A DNA stretch of 32,000 bases from Salinivibrio kushneri (GTDB lineage: Bacteria; Pseudomonadota; Gammaproteobacteria; Enterobacterales; Vibrionaceae). Within the stretch, counting starts at the first letter, position 1; every line of letters starts with the position of its first letter. Below the pieces are notes generated by a model that did no database searches, was not told where the DNA came from, and was given only the letters and a program-made list of their open reading frames with translations. The stretch covers positions 1,481,317 through 1,513,316 of the forward strand of contig NZ_CP114588.1 of assembly GCF_027286325.1 (NCBI RefSeq), given 5' to 3'. Shown here piece after piece: positions 1 to 7,307 of this stretch. Both the position numbers and the translations under genes were made by a program.

Positions 1-95
1 CGCTACATTGCCCCTCACCTGAGCCACCAGCCTAAGGCTGATACGTCTCGTTGAGATAACGACAGTGGCGTGGCTCGCCGACACCGACATGAAGA

Positions 96-121
96 GGAAG
101 CCGCGGTTATACGCGGCTTCC
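96..121 (-). terminator. GC-rich hairpin just downstream of ldtD; possible terminator or transcript-stabilising stem
   Basis: The stem is GGAAGCCGCG (96-105) and CGCGGCTTCC (112-121) with a 6-nt loop, 7 nt past the ldtD stop. The trailing sequence on the minus strand (CTCTTC) is a poor U-tract. Confidence 0.35.
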
Positions 122-127
122 TGGTGA

Positions 128-1903
128 TTATTGCGCTTGCACCGCCACAGAATGACGCTGCTGGGTTAAATAACTGGGCTCTTGTGTGGTGATCTTACGT
201 TTTGCGGGGACATCATAGGCGTACACGTCATCACGAAAGGCCAATTCCCCTTCATCCGTGACCCAAGCCGTCTGGTAAATGGTCTGTACCGCCAACCGTT
301 TTTTGAGCGGCACCCACTTGGTCTGGGTTTTATCAATATAGGACTGGTAGTCAGTCAGCTGCTTACCCGATAAATCCAATAATAAGTCCGCCAGTTGCTC
401 CGCTTGCTCGACACGGATACAGCCGGAACTAAATGCACGCCGTGACCGGCTGAATAAGCTTTGCGCTGGCGTATCATGCAGGTAGATAGCATTACGATTG
501 GGCGTGTTGAATTTGTATTTTCCGAGGGCGTTGCCTCGACCTGGTGCCTGCTGAAGCCGGTAGGGAAATCCGTCGACTGACACTTTATGCCAATCAATCG
601 AGTTAGGGTCAATCTGGGTGTCACTTTGCCAATTGGGCAAAATACGATATTGATGCTGAGACAAATACTCGTGCCCATCAACCAGCTTGGGCAAGATATC
701 TTTTTGCACTATGCTCCGAGGCACATTCCAGCTTGGATTGAGTACCACAGAGTCGAGTCGTGACGAGAACAGCGGCGTGCGTCTAGATTGGCGCCCAACC
801 ACCACTTTGCTCTCAAACACATGCTGATCGTTAGACCACAGACGCATACGATAATCTGGGATATTGACCACAATGCGATCCGGTTGCTGCTGGGGCCACA
901 ACCGTAACCGCTCTGCATTAAGCGCCAGCAGCCGGATCCGCGCTGACGCATCTAAATTGAGCCATTTCAACGTCGACGGGCCAATGATGCCATCCACACT
1001 CAGCCCATGTTGTGACTGAAACCGTTTAACGGCATCGAGTAGATCGCCACCATATTGCACCGTTTTACCATCCAAAGCCTCTAACCGTTGACTGTCCCCC
1101 CAATATCCCTGCACCCGCAGGTTATCAACTAAGTTAAGCGCCAGAGGGATCGCTACCGCTTGGTCAGGGTAAATCAGCCCATCGCTGGTCACGCTGGGCC
1201 ACACTGAGCGGGCTTGACGTTGCAAGCGAACAATCTGCTTAATCAGCGCGGTATATTGCGGATGCTGTGGCCGAAGCTTGCGCAGAAAAGCGGGCAACGC
1301 CGGCCCCAAACCCGCTTGAAAAAAGGACGCTCGCTGAGACTCGGAGGGCTCGGGCAGCGGCGTGTGATGCAAAGAGCCAAAAAACCAGCGCATACCTTTA
1401 TCGGACACCGCATCCAGGTAACTCATCAAGGCATACGCCGTGTCGGTAGCAAAAATATCATACGCGGTGTCGCTACCCTGCTGGCGGAGTTGGCGAAGTT
1501 GCCAGGCGCGCCACTCAAATTCCGGACTGAAGCTGGCCAATGAAATCACATTAACTTGCGTTGCCAGCTCATCCCGCGCTGCATCCTGGGTCCAAAGCAG
1601 CGAAAACCCATTATCGAGATAGTCTTGAGTCAGCGCTGAGGAGTAGGCCAAAACAGTGGCATCGGGGGCGGCCGACTCCAACCAGTCGCGCGCATACTGA
1701 TAGGCGCGTTGACGATGATCGTCAGCCGAGAGGCTTTGCTCAGCCAATGCCGCTTGATCTGAGGCCGAGTGCGCCGACGTGTCTGGTACGGCCAAAAACC
1801 GCATGCCACCGGCCTCAATCGCGTCATTTGCCATGACGGGGTTTACCCAAAAACAACATCCTATCAGAAGGTTAGCCAACCAGGCTCCGTGCCTTCTCAC
1901 CAT
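128..1903 (-). CDS. ldtD: Periplasmic L,D-transpeptidase of the YcbB/LdtD family (peptidoglycan-binding domain plus YkuD catalytic domain)
   Basis: The ORF is 591 aa with an ATG start and an N-terminal signal peptide (LANLLIGCCFWVNPVMA). It has the peptidoglycan-binding repeat FQSQHGLSVDGIIGPSTLKWLN and the YkuD active-site region HDTP...FSSGCIRV. Its size is close to E. coli LdtD, which also lies next to mukB. Confidence 0.85.
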   Translation of the reverse strand: MVRRHGAWLANLLIGCCFWVNPVMANDAIEAGGMRFLAVPDTSAHSASDQAALAEQSLSADDHRQRAYQYARDWLESAAPDATVLAYSSALTQDYLDNGFSLLWTQDAARDELATQVNVISLASFSPEFEWRAWQLRQLRQQGSDTAYDIFATDTAYALMSYLDAVSDKGMRWFFGSLHHTPLPEPSESQRASFFQAGLGPALPAFLRKLRPQHPQYTALIKQIVRLQRQARSVWPSVTSDGLIYPDQAVAIPLALNLVDNLRVQGYWGDSQRLEALDGKTVQYGGDLLDAVKRFQSQHGLSVDGIIGPSTLKWLNLDASARIRLLALNAERLRLWPQQQPDRIVVNIPDYRMRLWSNDQHVFESKVVVGRQSRRTPLFSSRLDSVVLNPSWNVPRSIVQKDILPKLVDGHEYLSQHQYRILPNWQSDTQIDPNSIDWHKVSVDGFPYRLQQAPGRGNALGKYKFNTPNRNAIYLHDTPAQSLFSRSRRAFSSGCIRVEQAEQLADLLLDLSGKQLTDYQSYIDKTQTKWVPLKKRLAVQTIYQTAWVTDEGELAFRDDVYAYDVPAKRKITTQEPSYLTQQRHSVAVQAQ

Positions 1904-1998
1904 ACGCCCCTCCTCATCCGTGCTTTAATTATGGCAAATTTTGCTCCCGTCTTAACAAAATCATCGCCTGATTTTTTCTCGCCCCCCAACCCGCAATG

Positions 1999-2035
1999 AA
2001 ACAAAAAGCGGCAGCCTCTCCAGACTACCGCTTTT
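1999..2035 (-). terminator. Rho-independent terminator ending the imelysin/DUF1513 operon
   Basis: The minus strand reads AAAAGCGGTAG-(10-nt loop)-CTGCCGCTTTT followed by TGTTT. This is an 11-bp stem (one G-U pair) plus a T-run, 19 nt downstream of the DUF1513 stop at 2054. Confidence 0.6.
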
Positions 2036-2053
2036 CACGCTACCATGCTTTCA

Positions 2054-3160
2054 TTACACCAGCGTTATCCAATGATTATCCCATCGTACTGGCGTCATCT
2101 GATAATCGGGATGATGTGCGCTATCAAGGGTCACCATTTTGCCGCCCCCTGAACTCAAGTTGATCACATCACCGTCACGACTGGCACCAGAGGCATCCAC
2201 TAATGGATGCAAACCCATCATATTTTTGGTGTCTAATGACCAGACACCGTAGCAATTGCCTCTGGGTGAGGTTGCCACCACCCAGCCATTGAGTGTCGCG
2301 ATACTCGCCACATAGTTGTTAAATCGCGCCCATTGCTCAGGGGTGGCATTGAGCATTGTCATCGGCTCACCACGACGGTGAATGGCCACCAAGGGGGCAT
2401 TATCCTGACCATGGTATTGCTGTCCCGTCACCACATAGCCCTCATCTGACACCATCAAATGACGAATACTCAGCTTTTTATTGGCTAACTCAGCACGTTC
2501 AACCACCTCACCCGTGTCGATGTCGAGGTACGCCAACGCCGGTGACATTGAATCGATGTTTAGCACGGTGCGGCCATCGGTATGCATGCCACCGACCCCT
2601 ACCACCAGCGTGTTTGCATCCGCCAGTGCGATTTCATGAGGGCCAATCCCAAAGCCGCTTATCTCACGCACTTTTTTCACCTGGCCGCGCGCGCTCAGCC
2701 GATAAACACCGACCACACCCTCGCTGGTTTGACGTTTTCCTTCAGTGGTATATAACCATTGACCATCATCAGAGATCACGCCATGACCATAAAAATAGCG
2801 GTCCGAACTGGCCGTCACCTGTGACAACGTCACGCCACGTTGATAATCAAACACCTGCATAAAATTGCCGGGCCGACGCGCAAATGCCACACCCAGTGTC
2901 CCAACCTCTCGACGTTGGGCGGCGACACCATGGCCGCGCGCGGGTAACGGAAGACGGAAGACGGGCTGTCCCGCGCGGTCAGCGCCGACAACCGCGAACG
3001 AACCATCACTGCTTAGTGCACAGCCCAGTAAGTCGCAACGGTCGGCAGTAGGATTGCCGCGACAACCACTCAAGGCATCGACGACTGTAGGTAAAGCCGC
3101 CCCCATCAGAGCCGCTTTTAACAAGCGGCGTCGCTTTAAACTAGTCTCCATCTGATGCAT
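2054..3160 (-). CDS. DUF1513 family protein, exported (twin-arginine-type signal), probably a beta-propeller
   Basis: The ORF is 368 aa. The N-terminus SLKRRRLLKAALMGAALPTVV looks like a Tat signal, followed by LSGC. The body is rich in repeated G-x-G/H-G-I strand-like segments. It is the fourth gene of the conserved imelysin cluster, which is where DUF1513 genes typically sit. The start is ambiguous (ATG at 3160 or 3151) and it overlaps the upstream stop at 3141, so translational coupling is likely. Confidence 0.75.
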   Translation of the reverse strand: MHQMETSLKRRRLLKAALMGAALPTVVDALSGCRGNPTADRCDLLGCALSSDGSFAVVGADRAGQPVFRLPLPARGHGVAAQRREVGTLGVAFARRPGNFMQVFDYQRGVTLSQVTASSDRYFYGHGVISDDGQWLYTTEGKRQTSEGVVGVYRLSARGQVKKVREISGFGIGPHEIALADANTLVVGVGGMHTDGRTVLNIDSMSPALAYLDIDTGEVVERAELANKKLSIRHLMVSDEGYVVTGQQYHGQDNAPLVAIHRRGEPMTMLNATPEQWARFNNYVASIATLNGWVVATSPRGNCYGVWSLDTKNMMGLHPLVDASGASRDGDVINLSSGGGKMVTLDSAHHPDYQMTPVRWDNHWITLV

Positions 3161-4154
3161 TAAACCCGACGATAATACCTAAATCTTGCGCGACCTGGCC
3201 GCCAAGCACCAATTTGAGATACTCAAGATTATTGTACACAGTGAGCATATCACGGTACCCCGCAACGCTATTTAACCTGTCAAACAAAGGCTCACCATCT
3301 TGCGGCACGCTGTTATACGCCAACTGCCAATGCTCACCGACACGATCCGCAACCTCATCATAGCCTCGCTCACGGAGCGATTGTTCAATGCCACCCTCAG
3401 CGTGATATTGAGTTTGCATCGCTTTGATGCTTTGGCGTAACAATGTGAGAGAGTGCCGTGAGCGCCACGCTTCACCTTGGTAAGGGTTGGGAAAGCCCGG
3501 TTTACCCAGAGGGCCAGACAGTTTCTTCAGCACGTAATCCAGCTGATGGGTCAACGCACCGAGCTTTTCTGATACCGCCATTGAAGGCGGCATGCCATGC
3601 CAAGGGTTTTTCTGCCAAGCCGCATTGAGCGCTGATGCCGTTTGTTGCAAGCGAGCACTGACCGCCATCGCCACTTCACAGTGCTTCGGTTGACTTAAGT
3701 CAGCTTGCTGATCATAAAGCAACCACTCCATCGCGCCGACGCCTTGCACGGCCACACTTTGCTCAGCCAACGCCTCCGCGGTCCACTGTGTATCACTGGC
3801 AAGTAAAGCGTTTATTTTACGCCCAGTGGTGTTCTTTTTGTCAGGATAAAACTGAATACGCCAGCTTTGCGCCAAGGCGTCCTCAGACCCTTTCTCTACC
3901 CCTTGTAACGGCATCCAATTGGCCATCACTGTCTTCCACGCTTGGCGCGCATCGTCAATAGGCGTGCCCTGAGTACAGACCGATTGCGTGGTCTTAGCTA
4001 GATCCGTGGTCGCAGAAAGAAACTGCTCACTTCGCTGCTTTTGTAGTTGCCATAGGCCATGATTAGGGCCGGTCTCGGTTTGAGATAGGCACCCACCGAG
4101 AAATACTGTGGCGCTCAGAGAGAGCGCGGCGATAGGATTGAGTCGAAAACGCAT
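3141..4154 (-). CDS. Imelysin-like (peptidase M75 fold) lipoprotein, second paralogue
   Basis: I re-called the start to MRFRLNPIAALSLSATVFLGGC, a lipoprotein signal with an L-G-G-C lipobox, with GGAG 9 nt upstream. The track start at 4172 adds 6 residues. The central segment VQGVGAMEWLLYDQ aligns with the HxxE region of the first paralogue. It lies between the di-haem and DUF1513 genes. Confidence 0.75.
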   Translation of the reverse strand: MRFRLNPIAALSLSATVFLGGCLSQTETGPNHGLWQLQKQRSEQFLSATTDLAKTTQSVCTQGTPIDDARQAWKTVMANWMPLQGVEKGSEDALAQSWRIQFYPDKKNTTGRKINALLASDTQWTAEALAEQSVAVQGVGAMEWLLYDQQADLSQPKHCEVAMAVSARLQQTASALNAAWQKNPWHGMPPSMAVSEKLGALTHQLDYVLKKLSGPLGKPGFPNPYQGEAWRSRHSLTLLRQSIKAMQTQYHAEGGIEQSLRERGYDEVADRVGEHWQLAYNSVPQDGEPLFDRLNSVAGYRDMLTVYNNLEYLKLVLGGQVAQDLGIIVGFNASDGD

Positions 4155-4179
4155 GCGACAAGACTCCAGCATATTGTTG

Positions 4180-5577
4180 TTATAAGGAACGTAAAAACGC
4201 GATTAAGGCATCACGCTCCGCTTTCGGCATCGCCAGCACGCGCTGTTTCGCACTGGCAGCTTCACCATCATGCCATAAAATGGCTTCCATGAGGGTACGC
4301 GCGCGACCATCGTGCAGATAGGTGGCATCCGCATTCACTTCTTTGGTGTACCCAATGCCCCATAAAGGCGGCGTTCGCCACTCTCTGCCGTTGGCGATAA
4401 ACTCCCCTCGATGATCAGCTAGCCCCGCGCCCATATCATGCAACAACAAATCCGTATAAGGATGAATACGCTGTTCGCTCAGGGCACTAAGATCGGGGCG
4501 TTTTGCAGTAGTAAACGACTCAACATGGCACGCATTGCAGCCGGCTTGAACGAAGGTATCTTGCCCCTTTTTCACTGCCGGATCCTGCATATTGCGACGC
4601 GCTGGCACCGCCAAATGACGGGCGTAAAACTCTACAAACCCGAGGATATTGTCGCTGACTTCTGGATCGCCACCATTGGGCATCTCGTCGCACACAGACT
4701 GTGACGGCATACAATTGTGATGAGGAAACATGGAAGTGGTTAATCCCACATCGCCATTGAAGGCCGCGGCGTTTTGTTGGTTAACCGTGGGTAGCCCTGC
4801 CTTCCAACCAAACCGGCCAAGCGCAGTGCGTTGTTTTTCGATATCCCACACTTGATTTGGTCGTCCTGATATCCCATCGCCATTGGCATCATCTGGATCA
4901 GCCAGGGCGTAAATGTCTTCCGCAGCAATGGATTCCAACAGCCCCAATCCAATCATCGGAGGCGCAATCCGCGCCGACATCTGAACACTTTCTGCCATCG
5001 GCCCATAATTAAGATCGGTAACCGTTAAATGTGGCTGACGCAGAGTGACGGTCTCACCATCGGCAAAGGTCACGGGGACGGATGAATAGGTGATGGCGAC
5101 CTTTCCTTCTGGCTTCGCGCCTGGCAGTGCAAAGTCTTGCAACTGCCCGCCGTAGTTTGGCTCGGGAATATTGCCATATTGGATCAATTTCTGCCGTTCT
5201 GCTTCGCTCATTGCCGGCACACTCAATCGCACCAACATAGACACGGCGTTGGTATCGCCAGGAGAAGGCGGGTGCCCACGGCCGTCTTTAATATGACAAT
5301 TTTGACAGCCATTGGTATTGAACAAAGGGCCCAGTCCATCACGCGCATCGGTTGAAGCCGGCGAGCTCACCCAGGGGTTACGAAAAAAGCTGTTCCCCAC
5401 ACTGAAGTCGATGCGCTCGCTCATGGGGAGGTTGGCGGCAGGTTGGGAAAAAGCGTTGGCACCTTCTTTAATCACCGTGGTGCGACCACCAGAGGTGCGT
5501 TCAAAAGCAACCGCTGACGCGCTCACCAAGGTACTGATGCCAATTGCACCGAGGTAAACAATGAATTTGGACTTCAT
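4180..5577 (-). CDS. Di-haem cytochrome c oxidoreductase (DUF1111 / cytochrome-c-peroxidase-like 'thiol oxidoreductase' family), periplasmic
   Basis: There are two CxxCH haem-binding motifs, CQNCH (nt 5293-5307) and CNACH (nt 4525-4539). I re-called the start to MKSKFIVYLGAIGISTLVSASAVA, a Sec signal, with AGGA 6 nt upstream. The 20-codon extension in the ORF track runs through a terminator hairpin. Confidence 0.85.
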   Translation of the reverse strand: MKSKFIVYLGAIGISTLVSASAVAFERTSGGRTTVIKEGANAFSQPAANLPMSERIDFSVGNSFFRNPWVSSPASTDARDGLGPLFNTNGCQNCHIKDGRGHPPSPGDTNAVSMLVRLSVPAMSEAERQKLIQYGNIPEPNYGGQLQDFALPGAKPEGKVAITYSSVPVTFADGETVTLRQPHLTVTDLNYGPMAESVQMSARIAPPMIGLGLLESIAAEDIYALADPDDANGDGISGRPNQVWDIEKQRTALGRFGWKAGLPTVNQQNAAAFNGDVGLTTSMFPHHNCMPSQSVCDEMPNGGDPEVSDNILGFVEFYARHLAVPARRNMQDPAVKKGQDTFVQAGCNACHVESFTTAKRPDLSALSEQRIHPYTDLLLHDMGAGLADHRGEFIANGREWRTPPLWGIGYTKEVNADATYLHDGRARTLMEAILWHDGEAASAKQRVLAMPKAERDALIAFLRSL

Positions 5578-5590
5578 GTTGTATCCTGAC

Positions 5591-5619
5591 AAAACAAAAA
5601 GCCCCGCGGCACGGGGCTT
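5591..5619 (-). terminator. Intrinsic terminator/attenuator between irpA and the di-haem gene (intra-operon)
   Basis: The minus strand reads AAGCCCCG-TGCCG-CGGGGCTT followed by TTTGTTTT. This is an 8-bp GC-rich stem, a 5-nt loop and a T-run, starting 19 nt after the irpA stop (5638) and ending 14 nt before the next ATG (5577). Confidence 0.65.
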
Positions 5620-5637
5620 AACATCATTAGCGGACAA

Positions 5638-6894
5638 TTAGAATTGATGGTCCGCAGTATCTGGGTTGAGATTATCAATGCCGATGATTTGAGCGGCTTT
5701 CTCAATATGCTTAGTTTGGTCAACCAGTGCTGAGATAGAAGCATTAACCAGTTGGTTACCGTCTGTGTTGCCCGCCGCTATCAATTGATCAAAATGCACA
5801 TTGTCTTCTTCCGCTGACACGACAAGTGTTTTTACTTGATCACGTGCTTGCTCAAAGCTTGTCTTGATCGCGCTTGCCGCGTCAGTGTCTTTATCTTTGA
5901 CCAAATCGAGTACCGATGGCCCTGTCAGCTTGCTGCCATCAACACGCTGATAGGTTCCCATCATGACGTTATAGATGCCCTGCTCATTATAGAAATGCGA
6001 GTTGTGGGTATTATCAGAGAAACAATCGTGCTCATCTTCGGTCGAGTTGGCTTCCAACGCGACTTTCATGCGCTCACCCGCCAATTCACCCAGCGAGAGA
6101 GAGCCCATACCAAACAGCATTTTGCGTAGGCCATTCTCGCTTGAATCGGCAAGTAGGCTCGCACGATAGTTGTCTTTATTACCTTCGGCCCACTGATCGC
6201 GCATCCAGGCTAGATCATCAACCAAGAGATCGGCGGCTGCTTTCAAGTACGCGCGGCGACGATCGCAGTGGCCGTTCGTGCAGTCTTCCCCGTAAGCAAA
6301 GTCTGAATATGGGCGCTCGCCCGCACCTGGATTGGTGCCATTTAAGTCTTGCCCCCACAGCAAAAATTCAATCGCATGATAACCGGAAGCAACGTTGGCT
6401 TCTGACCCGCCTACCTCATTGAGACTTGCCAACAGTTTTGGCGTAATGTCAGCCACATCTAAATCGGTCGCACCAATTTGAATACTCTGGTTGGCAATAA
6501 TGTTTGCTGTCGCACCGGCATTACCCAGTTCGGCTTGGTAACCGTCTGCCACATAATCAATCAAGCCTTCATCCAATGGCCACGCGTTCAGCTGTCCTTC
6601 CCAATCATCCACAATCGCGTTGCCAAAACGGAACACTTCTGACTGCTGATAAGGGACTCGCGCGTCTAACCATGCTTTTTTTGCTGCCTGAAAGGTTTTT
6701 TGAGAAGGGCTGGCAGTAAAAGCCTCAATGGCTTCATCGAGCGTGACCGCTGTCGCGTGGGAATCTGCGAATACCGCATGCGCGATATCTGCGTAATGTT
6801 CAACAACGTCTTCTTGCGTCGCCGCGTTAACACCCAGAGGTGCGGCAAATAAGGAAAGCGCAATCAGGTTACGCTTAAAAGGGGTCATTTCCAT
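5638..6894 (-). CDS. irpA: Imelysin family (peptidase M75-like) periplasmic protein, iron-regulated protein A type
   Basis: The ORF is 418 aa with a Sec signal (ALSLFAAPLGVNAA). The imelysin HxxE motif lies in GYHAIEFLLWGQD (His173 and Glu176, nt 6367-6378). AAGGA lies 9 nt upstream of the ATG at 6894. It is the first gene of the conserved four-gene cluster and is preceded by a Fur-box-like sequence. Confidence 0.8.
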   Translation of the reverse strand: MEMTPFKRNLIALSLFAAPLGVNAATQEDVVEHYADIAHAVFADSHATAVTLDEAIEAFTASPSQKTFQAAKKAWLDARVPYQQSEVFRFGNAIVDDWEGQLNAWPLDEGLIDYVADGYQAELGNAGATANIIANQSIQIGATDLDVADITPKLLASLNEVGGSEANVASGYHAIEFLLWGQDLNGTNPGAGERPYSDFAYGEDCTNGHCDRRRAYLKAAADLLVDDLAWMRDQWAEGNKDNYRASLLADSSENGLRKMLFGMGSLSLGELAGERMKVALEANSTEDEHDCFSDNTHNSHFYNEQGIYNVMMGTYQRVDGSKLTGPSVLDLVKDKDTDAASAIKTSFEQARDQVKTLVVSAEEDNVHFDQLIAAGNTDGNQLVNASISALVDQTKHIEKAAQIIGIDNLNPDTADHQF

Positions 6895-6923
6895 AATGCT
6901 TTGTCCTTCGCTTTGATATGAAC

Positions 6924-6942
6924 AGTTATGAGAACTATTATC
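6924..6942 (-). promoter_or_regulatory. Candidate Fur box upstream of irpA
   Basis: The minus strand reads GATAATAGTTCTCATAACT. It matches 12 of 19 positions of the GATAATGATAATCATTATC consensus, and the first hexamer is perfect. It is centred about 40 nt upstream of the irpA ATG. A second CTATTATC copy lies at 6999-7006. Confidence 0.4.
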
Positions 6943-7041
6943 GTTTGTATGCGAGAGATTCTAAGCATTATGTTACTAAATGCAACAAAGAATTGAGGCT
7001 ATTATCAAAGCTGTGATCTCCACACTCCAAGCATGGTTTAA

Positions 7042-7055
7042 TGCAACTTGTTGCA
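7042..7055. promoter_or_regulatory. Perfect 14-bp palindrome TGCAAC-TT-GTTGCA in the irpA/marR divergent spacer (candidate operator)
   Basis: The palindrome is read directly from the sequence. An extra TGCAAC half-site lies at 6981-6986. I cannot assign a cognate regulator. Confidence 0.25.
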
Positions 7056-7158
7056 GCGCTGATCCGACCTCTTGACTGCTTAAATTGATGACTATGTGGC
7101 ACTTTTTGCGCCTGCTCACTGAAACAGCTAAAAATAACAATAAATTAGATTTAATTTG

Positions 7159-7176
7159 AACTCTAAGAGTTATAAT
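7159..7176 (+). promoter_or_regulatory. Palindrome AACTCT-A-AGAGTT abutting a perfect TATAAT hexamer (candidate marR promoter/operator)
   Basis: The 13-bp palindrome spans 7159-7171 and TATAAT spans 7171-7176, about 130 nt upstream of the marR ATG. I found no convincing -35 at 17-bp spacing, so the promoter call is weak. Confidence 0.25.
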
Positions 7177-7307
7177 AGACTGAAAGCACATTGATTATTT
7201 GATAGTGAAAAAAACCATAAAAAGTCGATTTTTCTCTCGATGCCTTTGCACTCCAACCGCGGGTATTGTAAGTTTCGTTGGCGATTTTTTCTGGTGGAGG
7301 TGAGCAA

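Noticed and set aside
1-90. An open reading frame on the minus strand starts at the ATG at 88-90 and runs off the window (MSVSASHATVVISTRRISLRLVAQ...). It could be the gene downstream of ldtD, and in E. coli that would be ycbK/mepK with a Tat signal. Alternatively, a plus-strand frame ends at TGA 52-54.
   Set aside because: Only 30 codons are visible. There is no SD and the start sits immediately after a hairpin. The sequence is not recognisably MepK-like. The data are insufficient to call either frame.
2356-2862. A 168-aa ORF lies on the plus strand inside the DUF1513 gene.
   Set aside because: It is antisense to a well-supported CDS. The translation is low-complexity and rich in P, H and R, with no start context. 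It is typical shadow-frame noise.
5578-5637. The ORF track gives the di-haem protein a 20-codon N-terminal extension, making it abut the irpA stop.
   Set aside because: The extension spans a strong terminator hairpin. It precedes a much better start (AGGA plus ATG at 5577) that begins a canonical Sec signal peptide.
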